Shown here one piece after another: positions 9,153 to 18,002 of a stretch of DNA of 64,000 bases (positions are counted from its first letter, which is position 1; the number at the start of each line of letters is the position of its first letter). The DNA is from an uncultured delta proteobacterium. Lineage in GTDB: Bacteria; Desulfobacterota; BSN033; UBA1163. A program made the position numbers and the translations under genes. Where the stretch lies: assembly GCA_963827685.1 (NCBI GenBank), contig CAWHBU010000006.1, forward strand, positions 416,001 to 480,000, read 5' to 3'. The notes beneath the pieces were generated by a model. That model was not told the DNA's origin. It made no database searches and worked only from the letters and a program-made list of their open reading frames with translations.

Positions 9153-10536
9153 AAGGAAGTTCTTTATCTTTGATCCTTCGAATCACCTCCATCTGGGCAC
9201 CCCGTAGGACGAAGTTTGACATCAAGAAATAAAAGAAGTGATGCCTGGGGCCCCAGACCAGGCGTTTTAATATGGATCGAGGGGCGCAGGTATATTTCTG
9301 TGCCCAGAGGTATCCGTCTTGGAGTTCCTGGACGGTCATCTTTTTGGGCTCGAAGACCACATGACTCATGTCATAATGGGACCAGTCACGGTTGAAGATC
9401 CTCCCTTCTTCCTCCAATCGCTTTTGGAGGGGAGTTCCCGGAAAGGGGGTGAGAATGGAGAAGGTGGGAAGTTCGATATTGTTCTTCTGAACAAATTCGA
9501 CCGTTTCTCTAAAAACGTTTGGTGTATCTCCGTCGAATCCAAAGATGAAAGAACCGTGAATTCCTATTTGGTGGTCCTGAATTCTTTTGATCCAATTTGA
9601 TAATTCTTTCGCATTCACAAATCGTTTTGAAACGCCGTCCAGATTCTCCTGAAGAAGAGACTCAAAACCGATGAAGAGGGAAATACAGCCGCTCTCTTGA
9701 GCCTTCTTGAGAAGCTCCTCATTCGTGGCGATCTTGATGGTCGTAAACCCCATCCACCTGACTCCGTGATGTTTAAAGATATCGAAGAGGCCACGGGCAT
9801 AGTCCTCTTTTGCCGTCACGTTGTCATCCGCTAAAAAGAGATATTCCCCTTTCTTCTTGATGATCATGGAGAGTTCTTGATCCACTTCCTCAAGGGGGCG
9901 GAGCCGATAACGCTTCCCATTGATGATCGGAACAGAGCAAAATTCGCACCGGTTCGGACAACCCCGGGTGGTTTCGATCGCTTTAAAGAAGGGACGGTAA
10001 TGTTTGCTCAGAAGATCCCGCCTGGGAAGGGGCATCCCATTTAAATCCGCCCACTCTCGATTTTTATAAAAAGGTTTGAGTTCCCCTGCCTCAAAGTCTT
10101 GCAGAACTTTCTCAAACATCCGCTCTGCCTCTCCGACAAAGACGGAATCAGCATGCTCCTTTGCCTCCTCGGGCAAATGGCTGGGGTGGACGCCTCCCAA
10201 AATTACTTTGACTCCCCTCTCACGAAAACGATCCGCAATCGTGTAGGCTCTTTTTATCACGCAGGTCAGACCGGTGATCCCTACCAAATCAACATCGGCG
10301 TTGAAATCGACCTTTTCAATCGCCTCGTTAATGATCTTAACCTCATAGGCTTTGGGAAAGAGAGAGGCGAGAAGGGTGAGGCCTAATATGGGGAAAGGGT
10401 AAAGTGCGTCATTAGAAAACTTAATCCCTTTCTCCCGAGGAAAGATAAGAAGAACCTTTTTGGAAGACGAAGTTCGGGGTTCGGAGTTTGGAGTTCGGAG
10501 TAAAAACCCAATATCTTCTTTTTCTTTCCTTTTCAT
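9121..10536 (-). CDS. B12-binding radical SAM protein
   Basis: GGVHPS...GEAE, TTRGCPNRCEFC; paralogous to 4923-6269; start uncertain because it lies in a heptamer repeat region. Confidence 0.88.
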   Translation of the reverse strand: MKRKEKEDIGFLLRTPNSEPRTSSSKKVLLIFPREKGIKFSNDALYPFPILGLTLLASLFPKAYEVKIINEAIEKVDFNADVDLVGITGLTCVIKRAYTIADRFRERGVKVILGGVHPSHLPEEAKEHADSVFVGEAERMFEKVLQDFEAGELKPFYKNREWADLNGMPLPRRDLLSKHYRPFFKAIETTRGCPNRCEFCSVPIINGKRYRLRPLEEVDQELSMIIKKKGEYLFLADDNVTAKEDYARGLFDIFKHHGVRWMGFTTIKIATNEELLKKAQESGCISLFIGFESLLQENLDGVSKRFVNAKELSNWIKRIQDHQIGIHGSFIFGFDGDTPNVFRETVEFVQKNNIELPTFSILTPFPGTPLQKRLEEEGRIFNRDWSHYDMSHVVFEPKKMTVQELQDGYLWAQKYTCAPRSILKRLVWGPRHHFFYFLMSNFVLRGAQMEVIRRIKDKELPYENSPHLRQP

Positions 10537-10613
10537 TATTGCATTCCGTGTTCTGTTTTCTGTTCTCAGCTTTAAGATTGATCTCCGAACTCCGAACTCA
10601 TGACTCCGAACTG

Positions 10614-12032
10614 TTAATCCATATTCGGTTGTTTCCAGGGCCTCTTCGTTGCATTCTCCCAAACATAGCGGAGGATGAGCCGGTAGGCCATTCGTTTGAA
10701 AGGATTCGGGTTGAAGAAAGCACCCAGGAGGATCCTCGGTTGGGTGTAATATTTTTTCAGATAGACCTGTTGGAGATGATGAACCTCCTCAGCAGATAAG
10801 AAATTCGTATTCACGACAGGGTGCATGAAATCATATTTACCCAAATCCCTTTCCCGAATCCTCCTCAATCGTTCTGCCTCTTCAAAGTATTTTGTTCCGG
10901 GAAGGGGCGTAGTCAGGGTGAGGACCAAGAAGTCGCTCTGAGACTTGACAAATTGGAAAACCTGCTTGATCGTCTCCTCGGAGTCATTCCAATCTCCGAC
11001 CATGATGTTGGCCATGACCATGATCTTATTTCTTCTGAGAATATCAATGGCCTTCTGGGCCATCTCTCTGGATTGATGTTTTTCATATCGGTCGAGCACA
11101 TCGGGCTGGATGCTCTCGATTCCCAGCATCACTTCATACAGACCGAGCCGCTTCATCTCAGGAATGAGATCTTCATCTCGAAGGATATCCTTGATTCGGG
11201 ATTGAAACCAGAAATGGATACGAAGATGTGACTTCCCCAATTCGTCAAGAAACTCCTCCACCCGCTTCCGACTCCAGTTGAAGGTATTCTCGTTGAAGAC
11301 AAAGAGGGTTTTGCCGTATTGACGGTGTAGATGGGAAATCTCCTCCACGATCTTCTTGCCGCTCCGTCCCCTCCAGACCCCTTCCCAGAATCTGGACTCA
11401 GAACAATAAGCGCATCGATCCCCACAGCCGCGGCTAGTAGAAAGGCCAAAAGTCCTTCTCCCCATTCCATGCCAGTAGTAAGCCTCTTTCTCCATATCAA
11501 TGAGATGGTAGGCTGGAAGAGGAAGGGAGTCTAAATTTGGAATGGGAGGTTGCCTTTCGTTGAGAACGACTTTTCCATTCTCCCGATAAGCGATACTTTT
11601 TACTCCTCTCCCTTTGCCACCTCTAGATAGGTCCTGAAGGAATTGAGAAAAGGCGATCTCCCCTTCGCCTAAGACAATGCAGTCCAGTTCCTTCAACTCC
11701 TGAAGGATGGTTTCGGCCATCAGGGTGAAGTGGCTTCCTCCTGCTACGATGATGGAATTTGGCGAAAGTTTTCGACAGAGACGAATGGTCTGAATGGCCT
11801 CCGGCGAGAGGCAGGTAGCAGAACAGGTGATGCCGATGACATTGGCTCTGGATGTGGAAACGGCAGTCTCAAGATCTTTCCAGGGGGCCGGAAGAGCAGT
11901 GGCATCAATGATTTGAACTTCGTTCCCTTCTCTTTCTAAATAAGCGCCTAATTGGAGGAGACCAAAAGAAGGGGTCCACATCCGAAGGCCTGGAAAGAGT
12001 TTATGCGGCGGATCGATCAGAAGAACCTTCAT
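10614..12032 (-). CDS. B12-binding radical SAM protein (BchE-like)
   Basis: GGSHF...GEGE, SRGCGDRCAYC, TPLPGT. Confidence 0.88.
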   Translation of the reverse strand: MKVLLIDPPHKLFPGLRMWTPSFGLLQLGAYLEREGNEVQIIDATALPAPWKDLETAVSTSRANVIGITCSATCLSPEAIQTIRLCRKLSPNSIIVAGGSHFTLMAETILQELKELDCIVLGEGEIAFSQFLQDLSRGGKGRGVKSIAYRENGKVVLNERQPPIPNLDSLPLPAYHLIDMEKEAYYWHGMGRRTFGLSTSRGCGDRCAYCSESRFWEGVWRGRSGKKIVEEISHLHRQYGKTLFVFNENTFNWSRKRVEEFLDELGKSHLRIHFWFQSRIKDILRDEDLIPEMKRLGLYEVMLGIESIQPDVLDRYEKHQSREMAQKAIDILRRNKIMVMANIMVGDWNDSEETIKQVFQFVKSQSDFLVLTLTTPLPGTKYFEEAERLRRIRERDLGKYDFMHPVVNTNFLSAEEVHHLQQVYLKKYYTQPRILLGAFFNPNPFKRMAYRLILRYVWENATKRPWKQPNMD

Positions 12033-12040
12033 ATTTTCTT

Positions 12041-12141
12041 GTAGCGCCCCCATTGATTGGGGGCGAATGTTCTCGTCGGCATTAAATGCCGACGCTACAT
12101 GAATTTTATTAAAAAACGTAGCCCCCCATTTACTGGGGGCG
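12041..12141. repeat. GTAG-family REP cluster downstream of the RAYT gene
   Basis: GTAG-CGCCCCCA..TGGGGGCG, inverted CGTCGGCA..TGCCGACG-CTAC, third copy at 12118. Confidence 0.85.
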
Positions 12142-12143
12142 AA

Positions 12144-12650
12144 TCAGAGATATCTTTTTATCTCCACATCGAACGATTCACTATATGGATAGTCACCTGC
12201 ATTCTCTACAATGCCTTTTCTAACCGGGTTATTCCGAATATACTCGATGACCCCTTTCAAATTTTCCTCTGTTCTGATGACATGGTCAAAAGCAGATTTT
12301 TGCCATACCTTCTTTAAGTCTTTCCTTTCCCTGAAGACTGCCGTTGTTCTCCCTTTAAAAATATTCAGAAATTTGGACAGTGGAAGAGTCGACTCGCCGG
12401 GAGATACGATAACATGGAGATGGTCAGGCATTAGGCAATAACATAGCATTCTGAATCTAACATCTTTTGCTGCTTTTAATAGTTCATCGATCACAATCTT
12501 CGCATTGATCTCTGAATCAAAAATATTTTTCTTATTATCCATGCAGACGGTCACATGGACAGGTCGATCTTTTGAATAATCATAATTGGGTAACCTATTA
12601 GAACGGCTCTTCCTCCATGTTTTATATTGTTCCTTAGCTTTTGTTTCCAT
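12144..12650 (-). CDS. REP-associated tyrosine transposase (RAYT/TnpA-REP, Y1 HUH)
   Basis: YCLMPDHLH (HUH), WQKSAFDHVIR, YIRNNPVRKG; flanked by REPs. Confidence 0.9.
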   Translation of the reverse strand: METKAKEQYKTWRKSRSNRLPNYDYSKDRPVHVTVCMDNKKNIFDSEINAKIVIDELLKAAKDVRFRMLCYCLMPDHLHVIVSPGESTLPLSKFLNIFKGRTTAVFRERKDLKKVWQKSAFDHVIRTEENLKGVIEYIRNNPVRKGIVENAGDYPYSESFDVEIKRYL

Positions 12651-12655
12651 GCTTT

Positions 12656-12713
12656 GTAGCGCCCTCATTTATTGCGGGCGAGTATCTCCGTCGGCAGTAA
12701 ATGCCGACGCTAC
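12656..12713. repeat. GTAG REP doublet upstream of the RAYT gene
   Basis: GTAGCGCCCTCA..TGCGGGCG plus CGTCGGCAGTAAATGCCGACGCTAC. Confidence 0.85.
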
Positions 12714-13132
12714 ACCTCCAAATACTTTCGCATCGCCTCGATTCTTTCAAACACCTCCGGAGGAACTCGGTAGAGAAGATTCCCTTTAAGATCGGTGAGG
12801 ACATGCGTGGTGGATCCTGTAGCGAGAACCTTTCTGTTTTCTTGATCAAGGACCCGGTAGTGAAAGATCAGCTTGGCCACCTCGGTTTTCTCCATTGTCG
12901 TCTGGATGACGAGGGAAGCACCGAAGGCGGCTGGGAGCTTAAACTGGCAGTTTAATTCCACCACCGGTGCCAAGAAATTCATCTCCTTGAGCTGAAGCGG
13001 ACCCATTTGAAATCGCTGGGTCAGATCATTTCGACCCGCCTCAAACCAACCCACATAGTGACCATGCCAAGCCACTCCATAAGCATCCACTTCATAAAAA
13101 CGAACCTGGAGGGATGTCTCATGGTATTTCAT
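12710..13132 (-). CDS. Acyl-CoA/ACP thioesterase (YbgC/4HBT hotdog fold)
   Basis: VRFYEVDAYGVAWHGHYVGWFEAGR. Confidence 0.88.
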   Translation of the reverse strand: MKYHETSLQVRFYEVDAYGVAWHGHYVGWFEAGRNDLTQRFQMGPLQLKEMNFLAPVVELNCQFKLPAAFGASLVIQTTMEKTEVAKLIFHYRVLDQENRKVLATGSTTHVLTDLKGNLLYRVPPEVFERIEAMRKYLEV

Positions 13133-13133
13133 C

Positions 13134-14057
13134 TTACATCCTTTCCAGTAAATGATCCCCGGCAGAAAACGCCTCTGCCTCCCGATCAATCCATCGCATC
13201 AATTTCGTAAGCGTTGCTTCATGTCCCACTTCGACGAATCGGGTAAACCCTTCCTCAAGCAAGTTCTCCACACATCGGATCCAATACACCGGTCGCCCGA
13301 TCTCTTGCGAGAGAAAATCTTTGATCTCCTCTCTTCTCAAAGGTTTGATCGTCCAATGATTGAGGATGGGAACTTTGAGGGGTTGAATCGTGATCTCTTG
13401 GAGGATCTCCATGATCTCTTCCCTCAAAGAATAGAGCAAAGGGGAATGAAGAGCCGTATTGAAGGCAAGACGGGTGGCGGAGACGGCCTTCCTGGAAAGG
13501 GCAAGAGAAATCGCCTTGTCCACACCCCCATCCTCTCCCGAAAGGACGAAATGCATCGAGCCATTATAATTGGCGATGGAGAGTTGAAACCCGTTAAGGT
13601 CTTGACAGATCTTTTTGACTTCCTCTAAGGGGAGACCGATGATGCTGGCCATGCCTCCTCGGTGAATCGCCCCTTCTCTTTTGAGGAGCCGGCCGATGGC
13701 CTCCGTGATAAAGAGCCCCTCTTCAAAACTAATGGCTTCCGAGGCAGACAGTGCTGCATAGATTCCCATACTATGTTCTGCAAAAATATCCGGATTCCAT
13801 CCTGCGGCTCGAAGACGATAGAAGTGGGCCATAGAAAGGATGTAGGTCGAGATCTGAAGCTTAAGGCTGAAATCCTCTTCTTTCTCCTCACCCCTGAACG
13901 AGAAGTTGAGGAGGTCGAATTTCGTCTGGTTGGAAGCCCTTGCTAATAACCCTTTAAAATGTGGATTCTCCATCAGGGGACCATGATCTTCCAAGATCGG
14001 CTTCTCTCGAAGTTGGCCGGGAAAGCAAAAAGCCGTTTTCCCTTTTGGTGTTCTCAT
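13134..14057 (-). CDS. FabD-like ACP acyltransferase (atypical)
   Basis: FCFPGQ, EHSMG, IANYN, ALHS, PVYW. Confidence 0.85.
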   Translation of the reverse strand: MRTPKGKTAFCFPGQLREKPILEDHGPLMENPHFKGLLARASNQTKFDLLNFSFRGEEKEEDFSLKLQISTYILSMAHFYRLRAAGWNPDIFAEHSMGIYAALSASEAISFEEGLFITEAIGRLLKREGAIHRGGMASIIGLPLEEVKKICQDLNGFQLSIANYNGSMHFVLSGEDGGVDKAISLALSRKAVSATRLAFNTALHSPLLYSLREEIMEILQEITIQPLKVPILNHWTIKPLRREEIKDFLSQEIGRPVYWIRCVENLLEEGFTRFVEVGHEATLTKLMRWIDREAEAFSAGDHLLERM

Positions 14058-14326
14058 GCGGTCCCCTGATGTTCTAAAACATATCGGGCCATGGTTCTCA
14101 CGGACTGAAAGACTTTTTTCCCCACCTCAGCATCGGGAATGATGACTCCAAATTCTTTCTCCAAGCCCAGGACGAGTTCAAGGGCATCGATAGAGTCCAG
14201 TCCGAGGCCCTCACCGAAGAGAGGGGCATCGGTCTCGATCATCTCGGGGGTCATGTCCGCAAGTTTTAATCTCTGGATGATGAGCTCTTTAATCTTTTCG
14301 ATCAGATGATCATTCGGTTCAACCAT
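14054..14326 (-). CDS. Acyl carrier protein
   Basis: PLFGEGLGLDSIDALEL phosphopantetheine motif, of the aryl-polyene/ladderane-cluster ACP type. Confidence 0.92.
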   Translation of the reverse strand: MVEPNDHLIEKIKELIIQRLKLADMTPEMIETDAPLFGEGLGLDSIDALELVLGLEKEFGVIIPDAEVGKKVFQSVRTMARYVLEHQGTA

Positions 14327-14445
14327 TCTTCTCCTCTTCTAATAAAAAAATTTCTAAAGGGTCCCAGAATTCAAGGGTTCGGGGGTTTAAGATTTATCTT
14401 TTAATTTACTGGGCCGCTTGAATCCTTGACTCCTTGAACCCTCCC

Positions 14446-15357
14446 TTATTCATTCCAATAAGAATAGAAATTATACCATTGATCTGGATATTTTTCGATA
14501 TAGCCTTCAAATTTTTTGATCAATCTTTCCATCCCCTCTCGAATGACAGCCTCCCGATCCTTTCTCGAAGAGGGACTAAAATAGATAGGGGGTTCAATGA
14601 TTCCTCTATACTTTCGATTTCTCTCCATCACGACGAAGACCGGTAAAACCGGGGCTTCCGTGGCCATAGCGAGAATGGCGACCCCGATGGGAAAGGCCGT
14701 CTTCTTCCCAAAGAAATCGAAGACCATGGTCTTTTGAGACTCTATCCGATCTCCTAACATGGCCAGGATTTCGTTCCGTCGAAGAGCTTTGACGGCATCC
14801 AAAACAGCCATCGGAGAGTCGTCCTTCGGATTGATATAGAGATTTTTTATTCCTCTTCTTCTTCTCATCTCCTCTCGAAAGGACCTGGTATCCAAATCTC
14901 TCTCATCGAGGGTGAGGACATTAAGCTTTCCTCCTTTAAAGGAGAAGAGCAATCCCCCGATCTCCCAATTCCCAAGATGAGGCGTGATGCAGATCACTCC
15001 TTTTCCGGCACGAAGGGCCTCCATCATATAATCCGCTCCCACCTCTTCTTCAACCCATCGGTTTTTATTCGACGGACGGAGGCGATGCATCACCATATAA
15101 TCCAAAAGGTATTGGCCGTAGTTCTGGAAAGTCTTGCGCGTTAAGACATCCACTCTTTCCTTTGACCACCTTCCTCTGCTCACTCCTTCAATATTTTTTC
15201 GGACACGGGCTCTCGTCTTTTTCATCAGAAAGTAAAAGAGATCTCCCACGACCACACTGAAGAATTTCTGGATCGACCGGGGGATGAGCGTCGAGCAGAA
15301 CTGGAAGAGGAAGAGGTATATAAACCGATTAAGAGATCGGGGGTGACGTTTTTCCAT
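14446..15357 (-). CDS. LpxL/HtrB-family (lysophospholipid) acyltransferase
   Basis: TPHLGNWE, LGDR, FFGK, YPDQWY. Confidence 0.88.
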   Translation of the reverse strand: MEKRHPRSLNRFIYLFLFQFCSTLIPRSIQKFFSVVVGDLFYFLMKKTRARVRKNIEGVSRGRWSKERVDVLTRKTFQNYGQYLLDYMVMHRLRPSNKNRWVEEEVGADYMMEALRAGKGVICITPHLGNWEIGGLLFSFKGGKLNVLTLDERDLDTRSFREEMRRRRGIKNLYINPKDDSPMAVLDAVKALRRNEILAMLGDRIESQKTMVFDFFGKKTAFPIGVAILAMATEAPVLPVFVVMERNRKYRGIIEPPIYFSPSSRKDREAVIREGMERLIKKFEGYIEKYPDQWYNFYSYWNE

Positions 15358-15358
15358 T

Positions 15359-16729
15359 TTAACCCCCGAAGTAGTCTCTTAGAAAACCAAGAAGCGTCCG
15401 GATACCCAAACGATGTTTCTTGATGTGATGCCAGATGTCCTGAATCGCCTTTTTCGATCGGGTATAGTAAAGGAGATGCGCCTTGAGCAGAAGCCATTCC
15501 ATTCGAATAAAAGAGAGATGATCGTGTTTGAAAACCAAATGCTGCATATCAAAGAAGGACCAGGGCGATCTCCATTTGAAGATCCGGTCCTTCACCTGCT
15601 GATAGATGGCTGTTCCCGGATAAGGGGTGAGGATGGCGAACTGGGCCACATTCGTATCGAGCTGTTTCGCAAAACGGATGGTGTCATGGATCGTCTTGAC
15701 GGTATCATGGAGCCCTCCCAGGATATAGGAGGCATGAATTTCCAGGCTATTCCGTTTTAGCATCTCTACAGTCCGAACGGTTTCCTCCACATCTATCCCC
15801 TTTCTCAACTCTTCGAGGGTTCTCGGACTGGAGGATTCCACTCCGATGAAAACCGATTTTGCCCCTGCCCTGACCATCTCTTTAACCATTTCTTCATTTC
15901 GAAGCAGGAGGTCTATCCTGGATAGGCACCACCACCAGAGGTCAAGTTTCTTTTCAACGATCCCATGGCAAATTTCAATCACTCTCTTCGGAATGAGGTT
16001 AAAGGTGTCATCCACAAAGGCGACGGCATTAAAATGATATCGGTGATAGACCTCTTCGAGTTCCTTTAAAACAGAGGCCACACTTCTGGCCCTAATTTTT
16101 GTTCCCCAAAAATGGGAGGAAGCACAAAAAACACATTGATAGGGACACCCACGGCTCGTGATCAAAGGGGTGATGGGGCGGTCTCCAATTTTTGTCCTTT
16201 GATAATCGTCGATATGGATGAGATGTCTGGCAGGAAGGGGGAGACTGTCGAGATTTTCAATGAAGGGTCTGGGAGGGGTTCGGACAAGTTTTCCGCTTGA
16301 AAAGAAACTGATTCCCTGGATCGAATCGAATTGACCATCTTTCTTCTCTAAAGCAGCGACCAATGCCGAAAAGGTAACCTCCCCTTCTCCTCGGACGATG
16401 AAATCAACCCTTTTGGTCGCAAGGATTTCTTCATCCACATAGCCGGGGTGTGGCCCACCTATCACAACCGTGCAACCGTTTGCCTTGGCTCTCTTAGCTA
16501 ATTGGAGAGCCTGACGATGGCGGGTCGTATCCGTGGAGATGCCGACCAGGTCATATTTCTTAAAATCGATCTCCTCCTTCTTCCTACGAACAGCCAAATC
16601 CCTGACCACAACCTGCTGTCCGTCCCTTTCCGCATAAGCAGCGACATAGAGAAGGCCAAGAGGCGGAAAAAGAACCCCTGTTGCTTTCAGAGTCCCTGTG
16701 GGAGCAGGATTGATTAACAAGATATTCAC
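15359..16729 (-). CDS. B12-binding radical SAM protein
   Basis: PPLGLLY, GGPHP..GEGE, TSRGCPYQCVFC, TPYPGT. Confidence 0.9.
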   Translation of the reverse strand: MNILLINPAPTGTLKATGVLFPPLGLLYVAAYAERDGQQVVVRDLAVRRKKEEIDFKKYDLVGISTDTTRHRQALQLAKRAKANGCTVVIGGPHPGYVDEEILATKRVDFIVRGEGEVTFSALVAALEKKDGQFDSIQGISFFSSGKLVRTPPRPFIENLDSLPLPARHLIHIDDYQRTKIGDRPITPLITSRGCPYQCVFCASSHFWGTKIRARSVASVLKELEEVYHRYHFNAVAFVDDTFNLIPKRVIEICHGIVEKKLDLWWWCLSRIDLLLRNEEMVKEMVRAGAKSVFIGVESSSPRTLEELRKGIDVEETVRTVEMLKRNSLEIHASYILGGLHDTVKTIHDTIRFAKQLDTNVAQFAILTPYPGTAIYQQVKDRIFKWRSPWSFFDMQHLVFKHDHLSFIRMEWLLLKAHLLYYTRSKKAIQDIWHHIKKHRLGIRTLLGFLRDYFGG

Positions 16730-16782
16730 AGGAAAAATCCTTCAAGAATTATTTGATCGCCAGCTTTGCATCGCATGGCGTC

Positions 16783-16910
16783 CAAAATCCCAAATTACAA
16801 ATCTCAAACAAACTCCAATCCCAAATATCGAATGATCGAAACCGATTTTGCTTTGAATTTGGAATTTGAGTCATTGGAGCTTATTTGTTATTTGGTGCTT
16901 GGGATTTGGT
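16783..16910. repeat. Inverted heptamer tandem arrays
   Basis: AAATCCC/AAATTAC/AAATCTC run followed by TTGGAAT/TTGGTGC/TTGGGAT run. Confidence 0.75.
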
Positions 16911-16935
16911 GCTCTTCCTCGCTACGCTTTCTGCT

Positions 16936-17892
16936 CTATGCTTTCTCGGAAAGCCGATACCGCTCGCAGAGGTCTCCCCAGCAGGCCACCACTTGATGGT
17001 CCACGAGAAGCTCAATCACCTCACATTGATTTCCACACTCCCCGCAATCAAATCCCCGTGTAGAACAGGACTTTCGGAGAAGGTCAAATCCCCTAAATTG
17101 GGTTTTGGAGAGTTTGGCCCTTTTTACCAATTTAGCTGCGCCGATAGCACCCATGACATCGAAATCTTTCGGAATGACGAGAGAGACATCCAGTTCCCTT
17201 TCGAGCGCTTTTCGGATACCTCGATTTGCTGCGACGCCGCCTTGGAAGACAATGGGAAAGAGGATTTCTTTCCCCCGGCAGACATTATTCAGATAATTCT
17301 TCACCAGGGAGTCACAGAGGCCAGCTACGATATCCTCAACAGAATGTCCGATCTGTTGCTTATGAATCATATCTGTCTCGGCAAAAACCGTGCATCGTCC
17401 CGCGATCCGGACGGGGTGATGGGCCTTGAGAGCAAGATCCCCAAAGGCTTCGATGGAGATCCCGAGTCTGGCGGCTTGTTGATCTAAAAAAGATCCTGTG
17501 CCTGCTGCGCAGACCGTATTCATGGCGAAGTCGACCACAACGCCATTTCTCAGCACGATGACCTTGGAATCCTGCCCACCGATTTCGATGATGGTCTTTG
17601 CCTCGGGGAGAAAGTCAATTACGGCAATGGCATGGGCGGTAATCTCATTTTTGATCAGATCGCCCCCCACCAAATAGCCGGCCAAATGTCGGGCGCTGCC
17701 GGTCGTGGCGACTCCGTCGATGGGAACGGCTTTCCCTAATTGAGTCAGGATTTCCTCCATCCCTTGCTGAATGGCTTCAATGGGCCGGCCACTGTTGCGA
17801 ATATACGACTTGGCTAAAACTTGGTCGTGTTCGTTCATTACCACCAACTTGGTGGTAATGGACCCGACATCAATGCCTAAATAATTTGCCAT
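16936..17892 (-). CDS. Acyl-CoA dehydratase activase (BcrAD/BadFG ATPase), PlsA/Ger-like activation module
   Basis: GIDVGSITTK, EIGGQDSK, MNTVCAAGTGSFLD, RCTVFAE; C-terminal CGECGNQC...GDLCERY. Confidence 0.9.
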   Translation of the reverse strand: MANYLGIDVGSITTKLVVMNEHDQVLAKSYIRNSGRPIEAIQQGMEEILTQLGKAVPIDGVATTGSARHLAGYLVGGDLIKNEITAHAIAVIDFLPEAKTIIEIGGQDSKVIVLRNGVVVDFAMNTVCAAGTGSFLDQQAARLGISIEAFGDLALKAHHPVRIAGRCTVFAETDMIHKQQIGHSVEDIVAGLCDSLVKNYLNNVCRGKEILFPIVFQGGVAANRGIRKALERELDVSLVIPKDFDVMGAIGAAKLVKRAKLSKTQFRGFDLLRKSCSTRGFDCGECGNQCEVIELLVDHQVVACWGDLCERYRLSEKA

Positions 17893-17903
17893 GGTAAGAA
17901 TTT

Positions 17904-17987
17904 GTAGCGCCTCCATTTACTGGAGGCGAAATCCTAAAATCCCGTCGGCAATACCTGCCTGCCGGCAGGCAGGAATGCCGACGCTAC
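17904..17987. repeat. GTAG REP doublet with nested CCTGCCTGCCGGCAGGCAGG palindrome
   Basis: Same REP family as at 12041 and 12656; 20-bp palindrome at 17954-17973 sits in the loop of the second REP. Confidence 0.85.
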
Positions 17988-18002
17988 TCTATTTGAACTT
18001 TG

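Noticed and set aside
10614-12032. BchE (bacteriochlorophyll cyclase) call
   Set aside because: Family resemblance only; there are no photosynthesis genes and the context is lipid metabolism
6815-16729. Calling the cluster aryl polyene or ladderane biosynthesis
   Set aside because: It shares ACP, thioesterase, acyltransferase and rSAM types but lacks ketosynthases and dehydratases in this window
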